Assembly (NCBI RefSeq): GCF_016433145.1
Contig: NC_058132.1
Span: 284,991,187-285,055,186, forward strand
DNA from: Gracilinanus agilis
Taxonomy: Eukaryota
DNA: 64,000 nt
Direction: 5' to 3'
Shown piece by piece: positions 12,080 through 24,429 of this stretch (the first letter of the stretch is position 1; each line of letters begins with the position of its first letter). A program made the position numbers and the translations under genes. Below the pieces are notes generated by a model. That model saw only the letters and a list, made by a program, of their open reading frames with translations, did no database searches and had not been told where the DNA came from.

Positions 12080-13090
12080 GAATTTCAGAGTTGGAAGGAA
12101 ACTGAGTAGACCATCTTTTCCTACCCATACCAAGGGGAAAAAAAAAGATTCCATACAATTATATTACAATATACCTGAAGTATCATTCAATCTTCACTTG
12201 CATATCTTCAGAGAATAAAAACTCTATACTTCTGAAGCTGTCTGATTCCACTTTGAAATAGCTCTAATTATGAGGGACTCTTTCCTTAATACTAAATTTG
12301 CATCTTTTAATATAGCACCATTTGCTTCTTCTATTTTTTTCCCTCTGGTTTCCCCCCCAAAAAGTAAACAAACAAAAAAGCTAGTTTTATATATCATGAA
12401 TTTAACTATTTTTCAAGAATTTGAAGATAATTCTCCTGTCCCCTCCTATTGAGGTAAGAGATCCTTCAACTAATCCTTAAAGTGAATGAATTCTAGGCCT
12501 TTTTGTTGGTCTCTTCAAGATATTCTCCAGCTCATCAATATCATATCTAAACTATGGCAACCAGATTGAACCAATTCTACAGATGAGTCTGATTAGAGAA
12601 TGCACTAGAATTATCATCTCCTTATTCCTGGAATCAGTTTCCCTTAATTCAGCTTAAGATCATTAAGCATTTTTTCATTGCTATATCACATTGTTACCCC
12701 TTATTAAGTTTGAATTTCAGAAAAGTCCATCTAATGATTTCCAGAAAAATCTTTGTTTCATCATGTCTTTTCTATATAGTAGGATACAAATAGAAGACTT
12801 TTCATTTATCCCTATCAAGTTCCATTTTGTTACATTCAGTCCAGTTAAGACTTTTGGGGATCTTAATTATTGCACTTAGTATAATAGCTATCCACCTCTC
12901 CTAGCTTGACATCTTCTACAAGTTTAAACAGGGGGCTTAATATGCCTTTAAACAGGTCATTGAAAAAAAAATGTTAACCAGCTCAAGGCAAAATGAAAAG
13001 TCTCAAGGCACTCCACCGAAGATGTCTTTGCAAATTGATATTAAACATACTCTTAAAGTTTGGTCATTCGAACAGTTCAGAATCAACAAA
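12080..13090 (-). mobile_element. CR1/L3 LINE fragment (ancient)
   Basis: TGGAATTTCAGAGTTGGAAGG antisense 3' end and CTAAACTATGGCAACCAGATTGAACCAATTCT antisense RT motif. Confidence 0.65.
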
Positions 13091-13434
13091 CTTACAAACT
13101 TACACTATCATCTAATATATATTTCTGCATATTTCTCATAAACATATAGCAGGGGACACTTTTTCAGATATAGGTAGAAGAGCTAAAGTATCTCCTTGAT
13201 CTACCAGTTTAAACTTATATTTTTAAAAAAGCAATAATATTATTTTGGCAAGCCATGCTGACTCCTCCAGATCCTTGGCTAGGTGCTCACTATCTCCTTG
13301 ATAATGTGTTAGAATTCTTCCAGAAGTCAATTTCCCTGCCAAGAAAAGCACATAGTCATAGAGTTTATAGACTCAAGCACCTTTCTAAAAATCAGAAGGA
13401 ATGGCAAATCATGACAGGCAAGAGAGGAGGGAGG

Positions 13435-14060
13435 GAATAAGCATTTTTAAGTACCTACTAAGTGCCAAAAAATGTGATAAAGTCTTTTAAAATATTATCT
13501 CTTTTGAACCTCGCAATATCACTGTGAGTTTCATGAGGAGGAAATTGAGGCAGTGATTAAATGACTTGCTCACTCAGGACTTTGCCTTTAGGATTTTGGT
13601 CTTTAAGATTTTGTCCTATCATCTCAGTAGATTTTTTTTTCTCTCCTCTCTTTTTGGCTCCTATTTCTTACAACACTACACAAATCCATCCCTCCCCCTC
13701 AGCCAAATTTGGACATCTGCATCCTATTTGGTGATTTGTGAGGTAGGGGGATCAGGATTGGGTTCCGAATCTAAGGTAGAAAGAATGACCTCTAGATTCC
13801 TTTCCCTTAGGTCTCCTCTTCATAAATCTATATTGTCCACCTCTTCGATTATCTCTAATTATTCCATTCTTCCTTCACACACAAAGCAGACTTCATGTCT
13901 TCTACTTTTTGTGAACTGTGAGAGTTCTTGAATCACTGCCATGGGAACTCAATTCACTCCAAGACTAAGAAGACCTCAGTTCAAGTCCCACCTCTGTCAC
14001 ATTTGACTATATGATAAAAAGCAAATCATATAACCTCTGCAAGTTTGGTTTGCTGGTTGT
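13435..14060. mobile_element. Cluster of three MIR copies (two antisense, one sense)
   Basis: ATGAGGAGGAAATTGAGGC..ATGACTTGCTC; GATTGGGTTCCGAATCTAAGG; AGACCTCAGTTCAAGTCCCACCTCTG. Confidence 0.65.
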
Positions 14061-14169
14061 GCCCTCTAAAACTTGAAATAATGGATGCAGATGGTGAGTG
14101 AGACCATCTAGCATTCCAATGTTATTTCATTAGGTTTTCACCTAATTTATTCAGTGTTTTTGTCTTCTT

Positions 14170-14990
14170 GTTTTTTTGTAAGAAGCTTTGGTATATAATC
14201 CATTAACACATACTCCAGTTAATGCCTTCATCTTCTTTCTCCTAAAATATTCCAACAGCCTTCTAATTTATATCATTTCTTTAAGCTTCTACCTACTCCA
14301 ACTCTTCTGATATACTGCTATCAAAATAATTTCCTTCACCTAAGATATGACCATGTAACTTCCTTAATCAAACAACTACAGTGGCTTCCTGTTACTTCTA
14401 GGATAACATATAAACATCTCTGCTTAGTTTTTAAAACCTAATGCAGGGCAGCTGGGTAGCTCAGTGGATTGAGAGCCAGGCCTAGAGACGGGAGGTCCTA
14501 GGTTCAAATCCAGCCTCAGACACTTCCCAGCTGTATGACCCTGGGCAAGTCACTTGACCCCCATTGCCTACCCTTACCACTCTTCCACCTATAAGTCAAT
14601 ACACAGAAGTTAAGGGTTTAAAAAAATTAAAAAAAAAAAACCTAATGCAACTTGGCCCCAACCTATCTTTTGGCCTATTTGGACATTATTCTCCCTCTCA
14701 CAAATGGCAGTATATCCAAACCTCTTTTTTTTCTCATAGAGAAATTCTATATTCCATCTCAATGACTTTTTATTGGTGCTTTCCCATTCCTAAATATATT
14801 GCCTCCTTACTCAAGCTGCACAGTGTACCTTTCTTCCTTTAAGTCATAATATTCTGCATAAAGGCTTTTCTTCAGTCTCCCTTCTTCTAACAGTTAGTTG
14901 TCCTTCCTCCCAAATTACCTTATATTTAATTACTTTAATAAATTCCTATTATTTGACTTTCTATTTATGCTGTATATATTAACAATTTAA
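14170..14990 (+). mobile_element. L2 LINE 3' end, interrupted by a young SINE
   Basis: CAGTGGCTTCCTGTTACTTCTAGGATAACATATAAACATCTCTG and CCTCCCAAATTACCTTATATTTAATT, L2 3' signature also seen at 59740-60140. Confidence 0.75.
14446..14640 (+). mobile_element. Young full-length tRNA-derived SINE (Monodelphis SINE1-like)
   Basis: A-box TAGCTCAGTGG, B-box GGTTCAAATCC, poly-A tail, perfect 13-bp TSD AAAACCTAATGCA at 14433-14445 and 14637-14649. Confidence 0.96.
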
Positions 14991-15049
14991 TTAAATTCAA
15001 GAACTAGAAATGCATAAGTAAATGGGAAATGGGGACCCTTTAAAATATA

Positions 15050-15330
15050 CTATTTAAAAATAATTTTCTTAATACATTTTATTTTTAAATGACCTATATT
15101 TCCCTGTTCCCCTTGTTCTCTCTATCTCAAGAGGCTGTCTCACACAGCAAATAGTTTTTAAAAGAAAAAGAGGAGATTTTTAAAATGAGCGAAATAGATG
15201 AAATATCAAAATAAAACTGAAAATATACTCAGTGTTTTTCACATATGGATCTCCAAACAATTCAAATTAGAAGAAGACAGTTTCTCAAATCTTTACTTTG
15301 GGACTATAGTATTTCATCTTTGTAATTTTT
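15050..15330 (-). mobile_element. Old L1 3'UTR fragment
   Basis: T-rich end followed by a decayed marsupial L1 3'UTR-like pattern (TTTTAAAAGAAAAAGAGG..CAGTGTTTTTCAC). Confidence 0.4.
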
Positions 15331-17625
15331 ACGGGTTATTTATTTAATCAATTAATTTAGAATAATTTTTCCATGGTTACATGATTCATGTTCTTTCTCT
15401 TCCCCTCATCACACCTCCCTCTCTGTAGCCAATGAGCAACTCCAATAGGTTTTACATATATCATTGATCAAGATCTATTTCCATATTATTGATATTTGCA
15501 CTAGGGAGATCTTTTAACATCAAAACCCCAATCATATCCTCTCTCATTAAACCAAGTGATCAAGCAGTCATTTTTCTTCCATGTTTCTACTCCCACAATT
15601 CTTTCTCTGGGTGTGGATAGCATTCTTTCTCCTAAGTCAGTCAGAATTGTCCTGGATCATTGAATTGCTTCTAGTAGAGAAGTTCATTATATTCGATTGT
15701 GCCAGTGTATCCATTTTTGTGAATAATGTTCTGGTTATACTCTTTTTGTTCTGCATCAATTCCTGAAGGTCATTCCAGTTAACATGGAATTCCTTCAGTT
15801 TTCTTTTAGCACAATAGTATTCCATCACCAACAGTTACCCCAACTTGTTCAGCCATTCCTCAATTGATGACACCTGTCATTTTCTAATTTTTTGCTACCA
15901 CAAAGAGTGCAAATATTTTTGTACACATATTTTTCCCTATTATCTCTTTGGGGTACAAATCCAGCAGTGGTATGGCTGGATCAAAGGGCAGGCAGTCTTT
16001 CAAAGTCCTTGGGGCATAATTCCAAATGGCCTTCCAAAATGGTTGGATCAATTCACAACTCCACTAGCAATGCATTAGTGTCCCAATTTTGCCACATCCC
16101 CTCCAACATTTATTACTTTCCTTTGCTGTCATGTTAGCTAATCTGCTAAGTGTGAGGTGCTAAATCAGAGTTGTTTTGATTTGCATTTCTTTAATTATAA
16201 GAGATTTAGGACACTTTTTTATGTGCTTATTGATAGTTTTGAGTTCTTATCTGAAAACTCCCTATTTATACAATTGATTTAGATTCTTGTAAATTTGAGT
16301 AATTAGACCTTTATCAGAGGTGTTTTTTTTTTGTTGTTATAAAGATTTTTTTCCCAATTTGTTGCTTCCTTTCTAATTTTGGTTGCATTGGTTTTGTTTG
16401 TACAAAAACTTTTTAATTTAATGTAATCACAATTTTGCATTTGACTTTTTATAATATTCTCTATCTCTTACTTGGTCTTAAAATATTTCCTTTTCCATAG
16501 ATATGACATGTATACTATTCTATGTTCACCTAATTTACTTATAGTTTCAATATTTATATTTAAGTCATTTAACTATTCTAAATTTATCTTGGTATAGGGT
16601 GTGAGATGTTGATCTAAACCTAATCTCTCCCATACTGTTTTCCAATTTTCCTAGCCATTTTTGTCAAATAGTGGGTTTTTGTCCCAAAAGTTGGGATCTT
16701 TGGGTTTATCATACACTGTCTTGCTGAGGTTATTTATCCCAAGTCTATTCCATTGATCCTCCCTTTTGTCTCTTAGCAAGTACCATAGTTTTGATGACCG
16801 CTGCTTTATAGTACAGTTTAAGATCTGGAACTACTAGACCCCCATCCTTCACATTTTATTTCGATTAGTTCCCTTGATATTCTTCATCTTTTGTCCTTCC
16901 AAATGAATTTTGTTATACTTTTTTCTAATTCAGTAAAAAAAAAAGTTTCTTGGTAGTTGGTAGGTATTACACTAAATAAGTAAATTAATTTGGGTAGGAT
17001 TCTAATTTTTATTATATTAGCTCATCCTACCCACAAGCAATTAATGTGTTTCCAATTATTTAGATCTAGTTTTAATTGTGTGGAAAGTGTTTGTAGTTGT
17101 GTTCATATAGTTCCTGTATTTGTCTTGGTAAATAGATTTCTAAATATTTTATGTTGTCTAGGGTGATTTTAAATGGAATTTATCTTTCTAATGCTTGCTA
17201 CTAAGTTGTGTTGGAAATATATAAAAATGCTAATGATTTATGTGGGTTTATTTTGTATCCTGAAACTTTGCTAAAGTTGCTGATAATTTCTACTAGTCTT
17301 TTAGTTGATTTTCTGGGATTCTTTAAGAATACCATTATATCATCTGCAAAGAGTGAGAGTTTAGTCTTCTTGTTGCCTACTTTAATCTCTTCAATTCCTT
17401 CTTTCTTCCCTAATTGTTATTGCTAGAGTTTCTAGTACAATGTCAAATAATAGAGATAATAATGGGCATCCTTGCTTCATTCCTGATTTTATTGGGAAGG
17501 CTTCTAATTTATCCCCATTGCAGATGATGCTTGCTGATGGTTTTTAATATATACTGTTTGTTATTTTTCAGGAAAGGCCCATTTATTTCTATTCTTTTTA
17601 GTGTTTTCAATAGGAATGAGTGTTG

Positions 17626-18263
17626 CTGGGTTTATACCCCAAAGAGATAAGGAAAAAGACTTATACAAAAATATTTATAGCCTCACTCTTTGAGGTGGCA
17701 AAAAATTGGAAAAGGAGGGGATGCCCTTTCACTAGGGTATGGCTAAACAAATTGTTGCATCTGCTGGTGATGAAATACTATTCTACTTAAAGGAAAAATG
17801 AACTGGAGGAATTCCATGTCAGCTAGAAAAACCTCCAGGAATTGATGCAGTGTGAAAGGAGCAGAACCAGGAGAAATTAATACACAAAGATTGATACATT
17901 GTGGCACAATCAAATGTAACAGACTTCTCCACTAGCAGCAATGTAATGATCCAAGACATTTCTGAGGGACTTATGGAAAACAACACTATCCACATCAAGA
18001 GAAAGAAATGTGGGAGTAGAAACACAGAAGAAAAACAACTGCTTGATCACATGGGTAAAAGGTGATATGATTGGGGATGTAGACTCTAAACAATCACCCT
18101 AGTGCAAATATCCATAATATCAAAATATGTCTTGATCAAACGACATGTAAAACCTGGTGGAATTGCAATTTGGCTATGACAGGGGTGCTGGAAGGAGGGG
18201 AAGGAAAGAACATGAATCATGGAAAAATTTTCTTTATAAATGAATTAAATAAAAATTAAAAAA
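17626..18263 (+). mobile_element. 5'-truncated L1 3' end inserted antisense into the host L1
   Basis: CTGGGTTTATACCCCAAAGAG..GCAAAAAATTGGAAA (PLLGLYP..VAKNWK region), A-rich tail; TSD AATAGGAATG(AGT)GTTG at 17609-17625 and 18264-18277. Confidence 0.93.
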
Positions 18264-21080
18264 AATAGGAATGGTTGTATTTTATCAAAGGCTTTTTCTG
18301 CATCTATTGAGATAATCATGTGATTTCTGTTATTTTGGTTGTTGTTTTCCTAATATTAAACCATCCTTGCATTTCTGGTATAAATCCCACCTGATCATAG
18401 TGAATAACTCTTGTGATAACTTGTTGTAGTCTTTTTGCTAGTGTCTATATTTTTGCATTTATATTCATTAAAGAGATTGGTGTATAGTTTCCTTTCTGTT
18501 TTTGGTCTGCCTGTCTTTGGAATAAATACCATATTTATGTTATGAAAATAATTTGGTAAGATTCCTTCTTTGCTTATTTTCTCAAATAACTTGTATAGTA
18601 GTGGGATAAGTTGATCTTTAAATGTTTGATAGAATTCACTTGTGAATCCACTTGGCCCTGGGGATTTTTTCTTAGAGAGTTCCTGGATGGCTTGTTTAAT
18701 TTCTTCTTCTGAGATGGGATTACTTGAGTATTATATTTACTCTTTTATTAATGTAGGCAATTTATATTTTAGGAAATATTCACCCATTTCACTTAGGTTG
18801 TCATATTTATTGCCATATAATTGGGCAAAATAGTTCTTAATAATTACCTTAATTTCCTCTTCATTAGAAGTGAGATCACCCTTTTCATCTTTGATTCTAT
18901 TAATTTGGTTTTATTCTTTCTTTTTTTTATTAGATTAACCAGTATTTTACCTATTTTATTTGTTTTTTTTCAAAGTACCAGCTCCTTGTCTTATTTATTA
19001 GTTCTTTAGTTCTTTTACTTTCAATTTTATTAATTTCTACTTTAATTCTTAGGATTTACAATTTAGTTTTTATCTAAGGGTTTTTAATTTGTTTTTTTTT
19101 TTTTTTTGGTTTTTTTTTTTAGTTGCAAACCCAATTCCTTGATTTCCTCCCTCTTGATTTTGTTGCTATCAGCACTCAGAGATATAAAATTTCCCCTGAG
19201 TACTGCTTTGGCTATATCCCAATGTTGTCTCCTCATTGTCATTCTCTTTAATGAAATTTGTAATTGTCTCTGTGATTTCATTTTTGACTCACCAGTTTTT
19301 CAGAATAATTAGATTATTTAGTTTCCAATTAAGTTTAAATTTGTCTTTCCATAGACCCTCTTTAATCATAATTTTTATTGCATTATGATTTGAAAAAAGT
19401 GGCATTTATTATTTCTTCTCTTCTACATTTGTTTGCAATGTTTCTATGCCCTAGTACATGGTTGATATTTGTATATGTACCATATACTGCTGATAAGAAG
19501 GTATATTCCTTTTCATTCCCATTCAGTTTTCTCCAGATATCTATTAACTAAATTTTTCTGGCATTTCATTCACTTCCCTTATTTCTTTCTTATTTATTTT
19601 TTGGTTCAATTTATCAAGTTCTGAAAGGGGAAAGTTGAGATACTCCACTAGTATGCTCATACTATCTATTTCCTCCTTGGGTCCTTCAATTTTTCCTTTA
19701 GAAATGTAGATGCTATGCCATTTGGTGTATAAATTCTTAATAATGATATCACTTCATTGTTTATAGTACCCTTTAACAAAATGTAATTTCCTTCCTCATC
19801 TCTTTTAATCAGATCGATTTCTACTTTAGTTATATATCATGATTACTACTCCTGCTTTTTTTTTTTACTTTATATAATGCATAATAAATTTTACTCTTGC
19901 CTTTTACCTTGAAACTGTGTGTGTCATCCTGCCTCAAATGTGTTTCTTGTAAACAACATATAGTAGGATTCTGGTTTTTAATCCACTCTGCTATCATCCC
20001 ATTCTCATTCAACATTATGGTTACTAACTGGGTTTTACCCTTCATCATATTATTCCCTTTAAATAATGTTCTTTTCCCCTACTCTCTGTTCCTCCTCACC
20101 AGCCTTTTGCTTTTTGTCATAGCCCTCACTACCCCCTCTCCCAATTATCTCCATCTTCCCTTGTCTTATTCCCATCTGCTTCTCTGTGGGTTAAGGTAGA
20201 ATTCTATACCACACTGAGTATAATTATTTTTCCCTCTCTGAGCCCATTACAATGAGAATGAGGTTTAAGCATTGCCCATCACCACCCTTATCCTCTTCTC
20301 TCTATACTGATTTTTCATGTCTCTTTATCTTATATAATTTACACTATTCTATCTCTCCCTTTACTTTTCTTTCAGTACAACTCTCTTTTTTCAGCCTTTG
20401 ATTGATTTTTTAAAATCTCATTCATATGTATATATCATCTCATACATATCATTCCATATCATCATATTTACACAAATATATTATATCACAATAATCAGCT
20501 TACCTCTCTACACTCTTTCTGAATAAGTTCCTTCTATTTTCTCTACTTCTAGAGGTAATTTTTGAGAATTACAGAAATTCTCTTTCCACGTAGACATGTA
20601 AACATATTGACCTTGATGAGTCTCTTAAATTCTCTCTTTCTTATTTACCTTTTTGGGCTTCTCTTGTGCCTCATGTTAGGACATCAGATTTTTTTAGGTC
20701 TGTCCTATTCCTCAGGAATGCTTGGAAATCTTCTATATTGCTGAATGATCATTCCCCCCCCCCAAAAGAATATACTCAGTTTTGCTGGATAGGTGACTCT
20801 GGGTTATAAACCCAAATCTTTTGCCTTCCTGAATATCATTTTCCATGCCTTTTGATCCTTTAATGTAGAAGCTGTTAGGTACTGTGTGATCCTGATTGTA
20901 GCTCCATGGTATTTGAATGGTTTCTTTCTGGCTCTTTGAAGTAATTTTTCCTTGGTTACATGGCTCTTGAATTTAGCCATTACATTCCTGGAAGTTGTCA
21001 GTTGAGGATTTCTTTCTGGAGGTGATCTGTGAATTCTTTCAATTTCAATTTTATTTTCTTATTTGAGGATCTCTGAGTAG

Positions 21081-21366
21081 TGTTAAATTTAAATTAATAT
21101 AAATAAATTCAAGTATTATATTTTATAAGATTTATTAGTAATAACTTGAACTATAAGAAACAATAGAACAAAATTATGAAACCTAAGTTAAACCACATGA
21201 GTAAAATTCTCCAGCCTAGTTCTTACCCAACCTCCATAACTGTCTTCCTGGGAGCAGAGAGAGAGAGTTATGGGCTTCCATCAAAATAGATTCTCCTTAT
21301 ATAAGTATACACACATTGTTTGTACTCACAGTGTTTCCCACTCCTGGGAAGCAAATTCTACCCACA
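21081..21366 (-). mobile_element. Probable solo LTR (ERV) inserted in L1 ORF1
   Basis: TG...CA termini; on the minus strand TATATAAG ~60 nt from the start and AATAAA ~50 nt before the terminal CA; L1 sequence resumes on both sides; TSD not clean. Confidence 0.6.
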
Positions 21367-22699
21367 TAGCACTTATCTTTGATGATTTCTTGTAATATGA
21401 TATCCTCCTATTTTTTTCATCATGCTTTCAGGTAGTCCAATAATTCTCAAATTGTCACTCCTAGATCTATTTGCTAAGCCAGTTCTTTTTTTAATAAGAC
21501 ATTTCATGTTTCCCTCTATTTTTTCATTGCTTTGTTTCTACTTTATTGTTTCTTGATTTCTCATGAAATCATTAGTTTCTAGATGGACAATTGTTATTTT
21601 TAAGGCCTGAATTTCCTGACAGTTTTTGATTCTCCTTTTTCAATTGGTCTATTTCTTCTTGCATCACTGTCATTTCTCCTTGCATCATTTCTCTTTTTCT
21701 CTTTCCTACTTTTCCTCTGCCTCTCTTAATTGGTTTTTGAAGTCCTTATTTATTTCATCCTGAATCTATGTCCAATCCATATTTTTTCTTTTGGACTTTG
21801 GGTGTATTTACTTTGCTTTCACTGCCCCCTTCTGTGTCAGTTCCTTGCTCTTTGTCTCCATAAAAATCCTTTAGAGTTAGGAGCTTTTTTTGGTTTTTGC
21901 TCATTTTTCCTACCTAATTATAGGTAGGTTGGGGAAATGCTGTCATCTTCTGAAGGCTGAGAACTCTGAGAGCCCTTTCCCTCTGCTGATTCAATTGACC
22001 CTTGAGATGCTGATGGCTTAAGTACTTGCCTCAAGTTTAGTCATAAGCTTTTGATCTCACTCTGAATTTGATCAGGTCAGGGACTCATCAAATTCTAGCC
22101 TCAGAATTAGTCTCAAGTTTTTTTGTTTTACTGTGTTCTTGATCTAATCAGCCAAACCCTTGATTGTCCTGTCTTGGAGCTCTGCCCTGAGTTTTAGGCA
22201 AAAAATCAGTACTTAGTACTTACTAGTTAGTACTACCATGTACCCCAAAGTGTGAATTAAGTCATTGTCCCAAGCCCAGACTAGAATTCCATGGACTGGG
22301 ACTCTGTACTTCTCCACAGATTTGAAATCTCAAGGACTATGGGTTGGCTTGTACCTCTATTTGCTCAAACTGGGTCTCAGGATCTGAATGTTGACTCAGG
22401 CATATTTTCTGGAACCTTGGACCGCAAATGAGGGGTGGAGGTGTGTGACTCTCTTTTGGCTTGCTCTTCTCTCCTTGCTACAGCTTCTTGCTGTGTCTGC
22501 TTTCCTCTCACCCCGGTGTTCCAGATGTTCTTTGCCTACCTTTTGGGTTTTTCTTTTCTTGATAGTTGTTCCACTGTCTTCTTGTTGGTTCTTTCACTCT
22601 TGTATTTGTTTTGTGTTGGTATTTTAATCTTGGTTGAAGAGGATTCTCATGGTAGCACAGAGGTGCTGAAGATTACTCTGTCATCTTGACTCCACCCCC

Positions 22700-23330
22700 A
22701 GAACCCTCTATTAATTTTAATTCTTTATTAAATATAAGTTTATTGTGTTAAGACCTATAAAATATGAAGATAATGCTTCTACTTTTTTGTATTTGTTCAT
22801 GAGATCTTACTGAAATATGTTTTTTCAATTACCATGCCTAAATCTAAAATAGACATATACCTTCCTACTTGCATTGAGATCAGATACCTATGTCATCTAT
22901 ATATCATGGACTTCTTGCCCTTACTTTTATTGTTTATTAATTGTTAGATTTCTCTAGCTCTGGAAAAGTTACATTGACATCTGCCACTATTATTGTTTTA
23001 CTATATATTTCTATTTATAATTATTATAGCATTTCCTTAATACATTAAAACATTATGTCATACATTGAATTTTTCTTAAATATTGATATTGTCTATGTCA
23101 CATTTCAACAGAAAGCATTCCCACTACCTATCACTTGCACTTGAATCTATTTTTGTTATTAGTTTATTGAAGATCACAATCACAAATCTTGGTTTTTTGA
23201 ATTCAGCTGAAGCATAATAGTTTTCATTCTGGACTTTTATTTTCAATGTGTGTGAGTATGTGTGCTGATATTTCAAGTATTTTTCTTGCAAACAGCATTA
23301 ATAAATAAATTGAAATAAAATTCTTAATTT
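22700..23330 (-). mobile_element. Old L1 endonuclease-region fragment
   Basis: Decayed homology to the endonuclease segments at 19500-20000 and 24430-24900 (TGCCACTATTATTGTTTTACTAT, TTTTCTTGCAAACAGCAT). Confidence 0.55.
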
Positions 23331-23559
23331 GACAATATCAGAAACTGCATAACTTCAGTAATCTTCAAAACACCAACTTTTGGGAAGGCAACAAGCATAA
23401 GAATAAGGCAGATTATGGGGAGAGGGAAATCTTAGTCTTTTAATTTTTTTATATACTTCACCACCAACACCAAAAAACTTTAACAAACACATACACAAAA
23501 AACTGTGAAACCTCAACCTCTACATTGTTTACAATTTGTTTAAAACTATGTAAATTATA

Positions 23560-24100
23560 TGTAAGATAATATAAACATCCTCTGCTTTTGAGTTCCTATT
23601 ATATTTTTTCCCTTGATTTTTGTGGCCTTCATTTTTTAATGTAACAATAGTATGTATTATTCTTATTCTTTTTTCTTCTACTTTCCTCTCTTCATGTTTC
23701 CCTTATTTTCTTTATATTTATAATAACTTCATAGCATCCATTACATTCAAATATCACAATCAATTTAATCATGACTCCCAATTCTTGCATTTGTCCTATT
23801 TCCATTTTCTTAGTCAATACTAAGCTACCATGAATATTTTCATACATACACAGCTTTTTCCCCCCTCTCAAAAATATCCATAAGGCCAAATACTAATAAA
23901 GGGATCCCTAGGTAAGTGAGCGTGAATAACTTCTTTGCTCTAAATATATATTTTATCTTGTTTTTTGAAAAAAAATTTACAGTTGCTCTAGCAATGTAAT
24001 ATTAGACCTGTTTCTCTATGTTCCTATCAGCATTTAATTTGATCATATTTGTCACTCTGGTTTTCAATTAACACATATTACCAGGACTACATATAATTAG
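23560..24100 (-). mobile_element. Old L1 ORF2 C-terminal fragment
   Basis: ORF 23692-23889 (MYENIHGSL..ELGVMIKLIVIFECNGCYE) is a decayed version of the L1 MFIAAL..GEWLNKLWY..MEYY segment. Confidence 0.55.
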
Positions 24101-24429
24101 ATTGGTCCTTAGGCAGCAGACACAAACTATTGACAGCACCATACTTTTTCTAACACTGTCTTTCCAGCTTGGTCATACTCAGTGTAACTTTTTGTTCTGA
24201 TACCATAATCACTCAAAAATGCAAAATTATCTCTATAGTATGATGAGTGTTAAAGTAATATTTTTGCATAATATTTATCCTTTCCAACACACTGTTGTCC
24301 CAACAGAAACTATGCTTGGATTATACATAACTCATGGTTAGGTCTACAACTGATTTCCTTCAGGTGAGTAGGAGCTCTCCAGACATCTGTCATATTTAAC
24401 CTTATTTAAGGTTCTATTCATCTCCTTTA

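Larger units (their letters stand above)
15341..22699 (-). mobile_element. Near-full-length decayed LINE-1 (5'UTR, ORF1, ORF2, 3'UTR) with nested insertions
   Basis: 5' start GGGGGTGGAGTCAAGATG at 22699; endonuclease N-terminus EWIKNQNPTICCLQETHL (ORF 19830-20048); RT region ~17440-18420 matches the copy at 1-450; C-terminus MVMEYYCA (ORF 15637-15831); multiple stops and frameshifts. Confidence 0.95.

Noticed and set aside
14446-14520. tRNA-like A/B boxes
   Set aside because: SINE head; no cloverleaf, and it continues into a CORE domain and poly-A tail.
19830-20048. Endonuclease-like ORF as a possible domesticated gene
   Set aside because: Frameshifted remnant in its expected position within the decayed L1.
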